DNA from: Gammaproteobacteria bacterium
GTDB taxonomy: Bacteria > Pseudomonadota > Gammaproteobacteria > JBIOEC01
Reading direction: 5' to 3'
DNA length: 32,000 bases
Assembly (NCBI GenBank): GCA_965279305.1
Contig: OZ257143.1
Location: 150,001-182,000, forward strand
Shown: positions 1 through 9,415 of the stretch, one piece after another
Numbering within the stretch: position 1 is the first letter of the stretch
Layout of the letters: each line of letters starts with the position of its first letter
Translations under genes and position numbers: made by a program
Notes under the pieces: generated by a model
The model's input: the letters and a program-made list of their open reading frames with translations, nothing else
What the model was told of the DNA's origin: nothing
Database searches by the model: none

Positions 1-121
1 AACTAACCGTCTGATCCCCAATTCTGTCATTGCGTGGCCCCTCTTTTTTATTAGGGCGACCGTGGCAATCCTCTGGTATGTTGGAGGCTTTTAACAATCA
101 CCTGCTATACTTAGCCTCACT

Positions 122-1534
122 ATGAGTCATTTAATAACGAATACCCCTATCGCTGATATTAAGGTCGGCGATGAAATTGATTTAACCTGGCATGTGAGTG
201 CTCGGGAGGCTCAGCTATTTAATATACAAAGCCCACCTGAAGATCCCTATGCCCAAGCTACCAATAGCTTTGGCGGCAGCTTACTGATTAAAACCCTTCT
301 CTCTCAATTATTTAACCAAAGATTACCCGGGCCTGGCAGCACATTGGTTCATGATGAGCTTACCTACCATGCTCCTATTAATTTGCATGATGATTTAGTT
401 TTAATTGCTCGGGTGACACACAAGCATGTACATGAGCGCACATTAGAATTTTCCATTAAATGCCATAACAAAAAGAAAAAACTGGTATGTGATGGAAGCG
501 TTACCGTAAAAGCCAGCAAAGAAAGCATTTCATTATCTGAAATGGATTTGCCTGAAGCCGTTTTATTTAATACTGGTTTTAAATTTAAAAAATTAATGAC
601 TAAAGCACAAAAAATGGGGAATACTCCACGAGTTGCCGTAGTTCATCCCATGAATGCGCCTACACTTGAAGCCGCGATTATGTCTGCCAAAAACAATTTA
701 ATTATTCCTGTTTTTGTAGCACCACTTAAAAGACTAGAGCCGATTGCCAAAGAAATTGGTATTAACTTATCAGATTATACCTGCGTAGATGTTCCTTACA
801 GTCATGCAGCTGCTAAACGAGCAGTGGAAATGGCACGTAATGGAGAAGTAGATGCATTGATGAAAGGAAGTCTACACACCGATGAATTAATGCATGAAGT
901 ATTAGATAGTGCGACAGGAATTAAAACCGACAAACGGATCAGCCATTGTTTTGTCATGGATATTCCTACCTACCCTCTTATGTTAACCATAACCGATGCA
1001 GCTATTAATATTGCCCCTGATTTAATTAGTAAACAGCATATTGTGCAAAACGCGATTGATCTCTTGCATGCACTAGGCAATAAAAAACCTAAAGTAGGTA
1101 TATTATCAGCCGTAGAAACTGTTAATCCAAAAATGCCTTCTACCATTGATGCTGCTGCACTATGCAAAATGGCAGACAGAGGCCAAATTAAAGGCGGCAT
1201 TTTAGATGGCCCCTTAGCTTTTGATAATGCGATTTCTCGAACAGCCGCTAATATAAAAGGCATAGATACACCGATTGCAGGCGTAGCTGATATTTTATTA
1301 GTTCCGGATTTAGATGCAGGAAACATGTTGGTTAAACAATTAGCCTATTTAACTGGAGCAATTGGAGCAGGTATTGTACTAGGTGCGAAAGTACCCATTA
1401 TTTTAACAAGTCGTGCGGATTTACCCTTAGCTCGCGAAGCCTCATGTGCATTGGTAAAATATTTTATTGCTCATGAAAAGAAACAGCATAATCCAGCCAC
1501 ACCTCAAAAAACAAATAAGAAGTCGAAGAAATAA
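122..1534 (+). CDS. pta: Fusion protein: N-terminal MaoC-like (hotdog) dehydratase domain + C-terminal phosphate acetyl/butyryl-transferase (PTA_PTB) domain
   Basis: 470-aa ORF. The C-terminal ~300 aa look like the PTA_PTB family (..GSLHTDELM.., ..VPDLDAGNMLVKQL.., ..ILTSRAD..). The N-terminal ~150 aa resemble a MaoC hotdog fold. The stop lies 2 nt before ackA (operon). Confidence 0.85.
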   Translation: MSHLITNTPIADIKVGDEIDLTWHVSAREAQLFNIQSPPEDPYAQATNSFGGSLLIKTLLSQLFNQRLPGPGSTLVHDELTYHAPINLHDDLVLIARVTHKHVHERTLEFSIKCHNKKKKLVCDGSVTVKASKESISLSEMDLPEAVLFNTGFKFKKLMTKAQKMGNTPRVAVVHPMNAPTLEAAIMSAKNNLIIPVFVAPLKRLEPIAKEIGINLSDYTCVDVPYSHAAAKRAVEMARNGEVDALMKGSLHTDELMHEVLDSATGIKTDKRISHCFVMDIPTYPLMLTITDAAINIAPDLISKQHIVQNAIDLLHALGNKKPKVGILSAVETVNPKMPSTIDAAALCKMADRGQIKGGILDGPLAFDNAISRTAANIKGIDTPIAGVADILLVPDLDAGNMLVKQLAYLTGAIGAGIVLGAKVPIILTSRADLPLAREASCALVKYFIAHEKKQHNPATPQKTNKKSKK

Positions 1535-1536
1535 TT

Positions 1537-2709
1537 ATGGATAATATTCTTACCATTAACACTGGCTCTAGCAGTATTAAGCTGGCTTTATTTTCTGTTC
1601 AAAAAAACAAATTAAGTCCGCTCTATAAAGCATTTGCAGATAAATTAACTAAACCTCATCAATTACAAGTCTCTTCAAAAGAAGGTTTTTCAAAAACTTT
1701 AAAATTTCCGGCCAGTAGCACTGACGATCATTTTTATTCAGCGGCTATTTCCGTACTACTGGATTGGTTAGCGGATAAAGACATTCATATTACGGCGGTT
1801 AGCCATCGTGTGGTTCATGGTGGTATTTATTATGATAAACCTGTACGTATTGATCATAATGTGATTAATCGTTTATCTTTATTAATTCCTTTAGCTCCTT
1901 TGCATCAGCCATACAATTTACAAGGGATCAGCCAAGCCATGCAGCGCTTGCCCAAATGCCCGCATTTAGCTTGCTTTGATACCGCATTTCATCACACGAT
2001 GCCTGAAATTAATCGTTATTATGCTATTCCTAAAGAATGGGAACGCGAAGGTGTGCGACGTTATGGTTTTCACGGTTTATCGTATGCATTTATTCAAACG
2101 CAATTAGAAAAAATCGCACCCAAAATAGCCAAAAAGAAAGTGATTATGGCTCATTTAGGTCAAGGTGCTAGTTTATGTGCACTCGATAAGGGCAAAAGCG
2201 TTTTAACCAGTATGGGATTTACTGCCTTAGATGGTTTAATCATGGGTACTCGCTGTGGCACTATTGATCCTGGCGTTTTACTTTACTGGATGCAAGAAAA
2301 ACATTTTACACCAGAGATGATTTCATCTGTTTTATATAATCATTCTGGATTATTAGGTATATCAGGGATCAGTTCTGATATGCGCATTTTATTAAATAGC
2401 AAAGAAGCCAATGCTAAATTAGCGATTAGTATGTTTGTCCAACGTATTAATCAACAAATAGGATCGCTTACTGCAGAACTAGGCGGGCTAGATGCACTTG
2501 TCTTCACTGCAGGCATTGGAGAGCGATCAGCACCTATTCGTGAAGCCATTGCTAAACTAACACAGTGGTTGGGTATTAAAATAGATGCTAAAGCCAACAA
2601 AGAAAATAAAATAAAAATATCGAGTGCGAAAAGCAAAGTAGCTGTTTATGTTATTCCTACTAATGAAGAATATATGTTAGCGCATTATGCTCAACTATTA
2701 TTAAAATAG
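1537..2709 (+). CDS. ackA: Acetate kinase
   Basis: 390-aa ORF with the N-terminal INTGSSSIKLALF nucleotide-binding motif and VVHGG / GFHGLS / TAGIGE motifs typical of the acetate/propionate kinase family. Lies immediately downstream of pta. Confidence 0.93.
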   Translation: MDNILTINTGSSSIKLALFSVQKNKLSPLYKAFADKLTKPHQLQVSSKEGFSKTLKFPASSTDDHFYSAAISVLLDWLADKDIHITAVSHRVVHGGIYYDKPVRIDHNVINRLSLLIPLAPLHQPYNLQGISQAMQRLPKCPHLACFDTAFHHTMPEINRYYAIPKEWEREGVRRYGFHGLSYAFIQTQLEKIAPKIAKKKVIMAHLGQGASLCALDKGKSVLTSMGFTALDGLIMGTRCGTIDPGVLLYWMQEKHFTPEMISSVLYNHSGLLGISGISSDMRILLNSKEANAKLAISMFVQRINQQIGSLTAELGGLDALVFTAGIGERSAPIREAIAKLTQWLGIKIDAKANKENKIKISSAKSKVAVYVIPTNEEYMLAHYAQLLLK

Positions 2710-2723
2710 GCTATTGAAATAAC

Positions 2724-5288
2724 CTAGAGAAACAAATAGCGGCCAAACTTCGCTTTAATAATTTCTACCACCGCAAAATAAGCAATTAATACAGTCCCCA
2801 AATACCAGAAAAATATCGAAGGTAAAGGAACCATACCAAACCATTCGCCAATAGGAGTCATGGGAATTAATAAAGCAACACCTACCATGATAAGCATAGT
2901 TACCACCAAGATAGGGTTTGGTTTTGAGCGGAACATAGGTAAACGAGTACGAATAGCAAAAATAATTAATAACTGTGTAATAAGCGACTCTACAAACCAA
3001 CCTGTTTGAAATACTCGTTCGCTACCACCACATAAATGAAGTAACACATAAAAAGTTGCATAATCAAAAATAGAGCTAGCCAAACCAAATACCCACATAA
3101 AACGTTTTATTTTTTTTATATTCCATTTGATGGGTTTATCTAATACTTCTTTATCTACATTATCTAAAGGCAAAACGGTTTGAGAAGTATCATAGATTAA
3201 ATTATTTAATAAAATTTGAATGGGTAACATAGGCAAAAATGGTAATATTAATACCGAACCTGCCATACTAAACATATTACCAAAATTAGAACTACCATCC
3301 ATTAAAATATATTTTTCGGTATTCGCTACTGCATGTCGCCCTTCTAAAATACCACTATGAATCACAGCCAAATCTTCTTGTAACAAAATCATATCCGCTG
3401 CTTCTTTGGCCACATCCGTTCCCGTGTTAACCGAAATACCTACATCGGCAATATGTAAAGCCGCCGCATCATTAATACCATCGCCTAAAAACCCTACCGT
3501 AGCGCCTGATGCACGCAAAGCTTCAATGATGCGACTTTTTTGTTGAGGCGTAATACGGCAAAAAGCATCAACGATTTTAGCTTCAGCCGCCAACGATTCA
3601 TCTGTCATTTTTGCAATCACATCGCCTGTTAATATTTTTAAATTTTTCATACCCAATACGCCACATACATATTGAGTGACACGCTCATTATCCCCGGTAA
3701 TAATTTTTACCTTAACACCTACTTCTTCTAGTAATTTTAATGCAGGTGCAGCACTTTCTTTAGGTGGATCTAAGAAGGCCACAAAACCCACAAACACCAA
3801 ATCGGTTTCGTCAGTAACCACCGCTGATTTTAAATCCCCTGCTACTTCACGAACAGCAACCCCTAACACTCGTAAACCTTGCTCACCTAGTGCTTCAAAT
3901 TGCTTATAAAATTCTGTTTTCTTTTTATCATCCAGAGCTACTACAGTTCCATCAGGTTTTTCATACGTCTCAGATAAATGCAAAATATCTTCAGGAGCAC
4001 CTTTCACCACTAAATAATGTTTATCGGCATTATCCGCATTGTTATCTAGCAATACGGAAATACGTCTTCTTTCAAAATCAAAAGGCACTTCATCAATTTT
4101 CTGCCAGGTTTTTATATCGGGCTGATGATGTTCAATAATCGCTTCATCTAAAGGTGATTTAATGCCTGACTCATAAAAGCTATTCAAATAGGCGAGTAAA
4201 AACACTCGCTCGCTTTCTTTACCTTCTACATCATAGGTTTTTAACATGCGAATTTTGGCTTCAGTCAGCGTACCCGTTTTATCGGTACACAAGATGCTCA
4301 TAGCACCTAAATTATGCATAGCGGGTAAATGTTTGACGATCACATGTTGTTTGGCCATTCTTACGGCCCCACGCGAAAGCGTAATAGTCATAATCATGGG
4401 TAACAACTCGGGCGTTAAACCCACTGCTAAAGCCAATGCAAATAAGAAAGATTGTAATAAAGGACGATCAAATACCACATTAATCAGAATAACGAAAAGC
4501 ACCATGACAATAGCTAATCGCAAAATCAATAAGCCAAAAGATTCAATGCCTTTCTCGAAATCATTACGAGGAGGTCTTAATGCTAAAGTGCCAGCTAATT
4601 GCCCTATCCGTGTGTACTTGCCGGTATCCACAATTAAAATAGTGGCAGTTCCACTAATAACCGACGTGCCCATAAAAACCGCATTTTTGGCTTCTGTTAT
4701 ATCAGCAGTAGGTGCTTTTAAATCACAAGAAGTTTTTTCTACCGGAAATGATTCTCCGGTTAACATGGCTTGGTTTACATATAAATCATTTCCTTCCAGT
4801 AAACGTCCATCAGCCGGTACTAAATCCCCAGGAACTAACATGACAATATCGCCTGGCACTAATTCTTTTACTAATACATTCTCAACTTTACCATTGCGCA
4901 TCACAGAAGCTCTAACAGCAACGACTTGTCGTAAAGCATCAATACTGCGTTGCGCCCGCACTTGCTGAAAAAAATCTAGCAATACACTTAAAATAATAAT
5001 GCCAAAAATAATAATAAAACTGGCTTTGTCTCCGCTGGCTGCAGAGAACCCGCTAGCAATTAATAATAGAATGATAAGAGGATTTTTGAATCGAGATAAG
5101 AATTGGATCCACAAGGGTTGGCGTTTAACGTCACCCACAATATTAGAACCGTAGACGGCTCTACGCTTTTCTACTTCAGAAGCAGTTAAACCGGATGGAG
5201 TGGATTTTTTTTCAGACAATAATTGAGCGGAAGATAAATTCCAAAACGTATTTTCAGAGGGTACTTGTTTTGATTGTTCCTTAATCAT
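2724..5288 (-). CDS. mgtA: Magnesium-translocating P-type ATPase (MgtA/MgtB family)
   Basis: 854-aa ORF with the P-type ATPase phosphorylation motif CTDKTGTLT, the hinge motif GDGINDAAAL, TGES, and about 10 hydrophobic segments. Length and N-terminus fit the MgtA type. AAGGAG SD 9 nt upstream of the ATG. Confidence 0.92.
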   Translation of the reverse strand: MIKEQSKQVPSENTFWNLSSAQLLSEKKSTPSGLTASEVEKRRAVYGSNIVGDVKRQPLWIQFLSRFKNPLIILLLIASGFSAASGDKASFIIIFGIIILSVLLDFFQQVRAQRSIDALRQVVAVRASVMRNGKVENVLVKELVPGDIVMLVPGDLVPADGRLLEGNDLYVNQAMLTGESFPVEKTSCDLKAPTADITEAKNAVFMGTSVISGTATILIVDTGKYTRIGQLAGTLALRPPRNDFEKGIESFGLLILRLAIVMVLFVILINVVFDRPLLQSFLFALALAVGLTPELLPMIMTITLSRGAVRMAKQHVIVKHLPAMHNLGAMSILCTDKTGTLTEAKIRMLKTYDVEGKESERVFLLAYLNSFYESGIKSPLDEAIIEHHQPDIKTWQKIDEVPFDFERRRISVLLDNNADNADKHYLVVKGAPEDILHLSETYEKPDGTVVALDDKKKTEFYKQFEALGEQGLRVLGVAVREVAGDLKSAVVTDETDLVFVGFVAFLDPPKESAAPALKLLEEVGVKVKIITGDNERVTQYVCGVLGMKNLKILTGDVIAKMTDESLAAEAKIVDAFCRITPQQKSRIIEALRASGATVGFLGDGINDAAALHIADVGISVNTGTDVAKEAADMILLQEDLAVIHSGILEGRHAVANTEKYILMDGSSNFGNMFSMAGSVLILPFLPMLPIQILLNNLIYDTSQTVLPLDNVDKEVLDKPIKWNIKKIKRFMWVFGLASSIFDYATFYVLLHLCGGSERVFQTGWFVESLITQLLIIFAIRTRLPMFRSKPNPILVVTMLIMVGVALLIPMTPIGEWFGMVPLPSIFFWYLGTVLIAYFAVVEIIKAKFGRYLFL

Positions 5289-5377
5289 GAGGCTAGCTCC
5301 TTTATGAGCATATGATTGCTATAAAGCTGAGGTATTAATACTCCCCCTCACCCGCCGTCCTGCTTTGCAGAACGTCG

Positions 5378-5400
5378 ACCTCTCCCACAAGGGGAGAGGT
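5378..5400. terminator. Perfect 9-bp stem hairpin (acctctccc-acaag-gggagaggt) inside a 60-bp GC-rich element, between typA and mgtA
   Basis: Read directly. A T-rich run follows on the + strand and an A-rich run precedes on the - strand. It starts 10 nt downstream of the typA stop, so it is a likely typA terminator or attenuator ahead of mgtA. Confidence 0.45.
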
Positions 5401-5409
5401 GATTTTATT

Positions 5410-7224
5410 TTATGCTCGGCCCTGACGCTTGCGATCATTTTCCAACAAATACTTCTTACGTAAGCGAACGCTCTGAGGGGTAATTTCTACCAACTCATCA
5501 TCGTTAATAAATTCCAACGCTTGCTCTAAAGTAAGTTTAATATGCGGCGTCAACGTCAACGCTTCATCTGTTCCTGATGCGCGCATATTCGTTAATTGCT
5601 TTTCACGTATCGCATTCACCACTAAATCGTTATCACGTGAATGAATTCCGACAATCATACCTTCATACACTTGTACTTGTGGGCCAACAAATAAACGACC
5701 ACGTTCTTGCAAGCCAAATAAAGCATAGGCGGTAGTTTTACCTGGACCATTAGCAATTAACACACCATTTTTTCTAGAAGCAATGACATCCGCTTTCATA
5801 GGCGCGTAATGATCAAACACATGATACATTAAACCATTACCTGAAGTGGCGGTTAGAAAATCGGTATGTAAACCAATTAATCCACGCGCTGGGATCAAAT
5901 AATCCAAACGCACACGGCCTTTACTATCAGAAACCATATCTTTTAAATCACCTTGACGCTCACCTAACATTTGCATCACAGCACCTTGATAATCTTCAGG
6001 CACGTCTACCGTTAAGTTTTCGAAAGGCTCTTCTTTTACGCCGTTCACTTCTCTTAAAATAACTTGCGGGCGAGAAACGGCTAATTCAAAACCTTCTCGA
6101 CGCATATTTTCAATTAAGATAGATAAGTGTAATTCACCGCGACCTGATACTTTAAATTTATCCGCACTTTCTGTGTCTTCTACACGTAATGCTACGTTGT
6201 GAATCAATTCAGTTTCTAAACGTTCGCGAATTTTACGACTGGTAACAAACTTTCCTTCGCGACCTGCCATTGGAGAATCGTTTACCAAAAAGTTCATGCT
6301 TACTGTTGGTTCATCAACAACCAAAGGAGGCATCATTTCAACGTTTTGCGGATCACAAATCGTGTCAGAAATACGTAGGTTTTCAATGCCGGTAACAGCA
6401 ATAATATCGCCCGCTTCTGCTTGTTGCACAGGCGTACGATCTAATCCCATATAACCCAATACTTGTAAAACGCGACCGGTACGTTGTTTACCTTCGCTAT
6501 CTATAATCACAACAGATTGATTGGTGTTTAATTTTCCGCGGGTAATACGACCAATACCAATCGCGCCAACATAAGTAGAATAATCAAGCGAGCTGATTTG
6601 CAATTGTAATGGACCATCTGGATCCGCTTTAGGAGGCGCTACATGTTTTACAATTGTTTCAAATAAAGGAGTCATATCGGTTGCCATATTGTCTAAAGAC
6701 AATCCAGCATAACCATTGAGTGCTGATGCATATACGATAGGAAAATCTAATTGTTCATCAGTCGCACCTAAGCGATCAAATAAATCAAATACTTGATCAA
6801 TAGCCCAATCAGGACGAGCACCATCACGGTCAACTTTGTTAATAACCACGATAGGCTTTAATCCATGAGCGAAAGCTTTTTGAGTCACAAAGCGAGTTTG
6901 AGGCATAGGGCCATCAACCGCATCGACTAACAATAATACCGAATCGACCATTGATAGAATACGTTCCACTTCTCCACCGAAATCGGCGTGTCCGGGTGTA
7001 TCCACGATATTAATACGGTAATCACGCCATTGGATGGCTGTGTTCTTCGCCAAAATGGTAATACCGCGTTCTTTTTCGATATCGTTAGAATCCATCACGC
7101 GCTCTACTTTAGGCCCGCGATCCGCTAATGTGCCTGATTGTTGCAGCAATTTATCAACCAAGGTGGTTTTACCGTGGTCAACGTGGGCAATAATCGCAAT
7201 ATTCCGTAACATCTCTACGCTCAT
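5410..7224 (-). CDS. typA: Translational GTPase TypA/BipA
   Basis: 604-aa ORF. The N-terminus ..[26 protein letters not shown].. and DTPGHADF / NKVD G-motifs are colinear with E. coli BipA. Confidence 0.96.
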   Translation of the reverse strand: MSVEMLRNIAIIAHVDHGKTTLVDKLLQQSGTLADRGPKVERVMDSNDIEKERGITILAKNTAIQWRDYRINIVDTPGHADFGGEVERILSMVDSVLLLVDAVDGPMPQTRFVTQKAFAHGLKPIVVINKVDRDGARPDWAIDQVFDLFDRLGATDEQLDFPIVYASALNGYAGLSLDNMATDMTPLFETIVKHVAPPKADPDGPLQLQISSLDYSTYVGAIGIGRITRGKLNTNQSVVIIDSEGKQRTGRVLQVLGYMGLDRTPVQQAEAGDIIAVTGIENLRISDTICDPQNVEMMPPLVVDEPTVSMNFLVNDSPMAGREGKFVTSRKIRERLETELIHNVALRVEDTESADKFKVSGRGELHLSILIENMRREGFELAVSRPQVILREVNGVKEEPFENLTVDVPEDYQGAVMQMLGERQGDLKDMVSDSKGRVRLDYLIPARGLIGLHTDFLTATSGNGLMYHVFDHYAPMKADVIASRKNGVLIANGPGKTTAYALFGLQERGRLFVGPQVQVYEGMIVGIHSRDNDLVVNAIREKQLTNMRASGTDEALTLTPHIKLTLEQALEFINDDELVEITPQSVRLRKKYLLENDRKRQGRA

Positions 7225-7357
7225 AGTATTTCCTATCTGGACTTTGAAAAGGGGACTATTATACCAAAAAACCTGCCACTCTCATATAGCCAAAGCTCTT
7301 TTACCTTCGATTATTACGTAGTACACTTCCCCCCAAGCTTTTTATAAGAATTGACTT

Positions 7358-7822
7358 ATGTTTCATATCGCACTCTATCAACCTGAAATTGCACCGAATA
7401 CCGGCAATATTATTCGCTTATGTGCCAATACGGGTTCACAATTACATTTAATTCATCCTTTGGGTTTTAATGTAAATGACACAAAACTTAAACGCGCCGG
7501 CTTAGACTATGCCGATTGGGAAGCGATTCATCAACATCAAAATTATGAAGAATTCGCAGAGTTTTTTAAAGGAAAAAGAATTTTTGCGTGCTCAACTAAA
7601 GGTACTTTTAACTACAGCGATGCTCATTATAAAGCAGAGGATGTGCTTTTATTTGGCCCCGAAACACGCGGACTTCCCGCCGATATTTTAGCTACGTTTC
7701 CAGCAGAGCAAATCATTCGCATTCCTATGTGCCCCAACAATCGCAGCCTCAATTTATCGAATGCGGCAGCCATTATCGTATATGAAGCATGGCGCCAACA
7801 AAATTTTCAGATCACTTCATAA
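7358..7822 (+). CDS. trmL: tRNA (cytidine/uridine-34 2'-O)-methyltransferase TrmL (SpoU/TrmH family)
   Basis: 154 aa, nearly colinear with E. coli TrmL/YibK (..[21 protein letters not shown].., ..[11 protein letters not shown].., ..IRIPM..SLNLSNA..VYEAWRQ). Confidence 0.93.
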   Translation: MFHIALYQPEIAPNTGNIIRLCANTGSQLHLIHPLGFNVNDTKLKRAGLDYADWEAIHQHQNYEEFAEFFKGKRIFACSTKGTFNYSDAHYKAEDVLLFGPETRGLPADILATFPAEQIIRIPMCPNNRSLNLSNAAAIIVYEAWRQQNFQITS

Positions 7823-7844
7823 TTTCCTTTTTTTTCGGTATAAT
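7816..7844 (+). promoter_or_regulatory. Candidate sigma70 promoter for glnA (TTCATA-17-TATAAT)
   Basis: -10 TATAAT at 7839..7844 and a weak -35 at 7816..7821, 33 nt upstream of the glnA ATG. GGAGA SD at 7866..7870. Confidence 0.4.
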
Positions 7845-7876
7845 GTCCTTATCTTAGCTTTTCTTGGAGATACGCA

Positions 7877-9286
7877 ATGTCCGCCAAAGAAGTACTAGCC
7901 TTAATTAAGTCCCACGATGTTAAATATGTTGACTTGCGCTTCTGCGACACTTACGGAAAAGAACAACACGTTACCCTTCCAAGCCATGCAGTAGATCAAC
8001 AAATGTTGTCGGAAGGCAAAATGTTTGATGGTTCTTCTATTGCAGGATGGCAAGATATTAGCGAATCGGACATGATTTTATTGCCCGATACCAGCACTGC
8101 GGTGATGGATCCTTTCTTCGAAGAAGCTACCTTAAATTTACGCTGCGATGTGGTTGATCCTGATACCATGAGCGGTTATATCAAAGATCCACGCTCTTTA
8201 GCCAAACGCGCTGAAGCCTATTTACAATCTACTGGCATTGCGGATGTTTGCTATGTAGGTCCTGAACCTGAATTTTTCTTATTTGATTGCGTGCGTTGGA
8301 CTACCGATATGAACTCGGCTAGCTATCGCATTGAATCTGAAGAAGCAGCCTGGAGCTCTAATAAAGAATATGAACAAGGCAATAGTGGTCACCGCCCTGG
8401 CGTAAAAGGCGGCTATTTTCCAGTGCCTCCCGTTGATTCTGGCCAAGATATTCGCTCGACTATGTGCACTATTTTAGAAGCCATGGGCATTCCCACTGAA
8501 GCCCATCATCATGAAGTAGCCACCGCCGGTCAAAATGAATTAGCCACTCGCTTTAATACCTTAACCAAAAAAGCCGATGAAACCCTTATTTTAAAATACG
8601 TGGTTCATAACGTGGCTCATAATTACGGTAAAACAGCGACTTTTATGCCTAAACCTTTGGTAGGCGATAATGGTAGTGGCATGCATTGCCATCTGTCATT
8701 AGCTAAAGATGGCCGCAATATTTTCAGCGGCGACCAATACGCTGGCCTTTCAGCTGAAGCCTTGTATTTTATTGGCGGTATTGTGAAACATGCTAAAGCC
8801 CTAAATGCGTTTACAAACCCCAGCACCAATAGTTATAAACGCTTGGTTCCTGGTTATGAAGCCCCTGTGATGTTGGCCTACTCGGCTCGCAACCGCTCAG
8901 CAGCTATTCGTATTCCTTATGTAACCAACCCTAAAGGATGCCGTATTGAAGTACGCTTCCCCGATCCTATGGCCAACCCCTATTTGGCCTTTGCCGCTAT
9001 GTTAATGGCTGGCCTAGATGGCATTAAGAATAAAATTCACCCAGGTGAAGCCATGGATAAGAACCTTTATCATTTATCTGATAAAGACGCGCAAGGGATC
9101 CCTACGGTATGTGCCTCCCTAGAAGAAGCCTTATACCACCTAGATAAAGACCGCGAATTCCTATTAGCGGGAAATGTCTTTAGCAATGCCTTGATTGATA
9201 GCTATATTCAATTGAAAACCCAGGAAGTGGATCGTCTGCGCATGACCACCCATCCGGTGGAATTTGATATGTACTATAGCCTCTAA
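7877..9286 (+). CDS. glnA: Glutamine synthetase, type I
   Basis: 469 aa. Classic GSI blocks (..FDGSSI.GW.., ..[11 protein letters not shown].., ..[12 protein letters not shown].., ..NRSA.IRIP..). A Tyr sits in the adenylylation-loop context (..MDKNLYHLS..). Confidence 0.97.
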   Translation: MSAKEVLALIKSHDVKYVDLRFCDTYGKEQHVTLPSHAVDQQMLSEGKMFDGSSIAGWQDISESDMILLPDTSTAVMDPFFEEATLNLRCDVVDPDTMSGYIKDPRSLAKRAEAYLQSTGIADVCYVGPEPEFFLFDCVRWTTDMNSASYRIESEEAAWSSNKEYEQGNSGHRPGVKGGYFPVPPVDSGQDIRSTMCTILEAMGIPTEAHHHEVATAGQNELATRFNTLTKKADETLILKYVVHNVAHNYGKTATFMPKPLVGDNGSGMHCHLSLAKDGRNIFSGDQYAGLSAEALYFIGGIVKHAKALNAFTNPSTNSYKRLVPGYEAPVMLAYSARNRSAAIRIPYVTNPKGCRIEVRFPDPMANPYLAFAAMLMAGLDGIKNKIHPGEAMDKNLYHLSDKDAQGIPTVCASLEEALYHLDKDREFLLAGNVFSNALIDSYIQLKTQEVDRLRMTTHPVEFDMYYSL

Positions 9287-9356
9287 CCCCTTGTTTTTTA
9301 GGCTAAACACAGCCCTTATTACACTGTAACTAAAGCCAGTTAACACAGAAAATTCC

Positions 9357-9385
9357 TTGATTTTTTGTGAATTTTAATACATAAT
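9357..9385 (+). promoter_or_regulatory. Candidate sigma70 promoter (TTGATT-17-CATAAT) for the 770-aa ORF
   Basis: Hexamers at 9357..9362 and 9380..9385 with a 17-nt spacer, about 30 nt upstream of the ATG at 9416. Confidence 0.45.
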
Positions 9386-9415
9386 AGGGTCAAGTTCTAA
9401 CAGAGCTAATTTGTT

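Noticed and set aside
970-1326. 118-aa minus-strand ORF within pta. The same class covers 2451..2636, 2755..3000, 7034..7321, 7509..7691, 8623..8829, 9164..9346, 9550..9759 and 10048..10386.
   Set aside because: All overlap confidently assigned genes, either on the opposite strand or in another frame. None has start-site support.
3676-4968. Three + strand ORFs (77, 82, 240 aa) inside the mgtA region
   Set aside because: They are antisense to a full-length, motif-rich P-type ATPase gene. The translations are low-complexity with no SD and no motifs. These are shadow ORFs.
5289-5409. Possible Mg2+-responsive leader or riboswitch upstream of mgtA
   Set aside because: The spacer is only about 120 nt, mostly occupied by the GC-rich palindromic element. 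I see neither an M-box-like architecture nor an mgtL-like proline-rich leader ORF.
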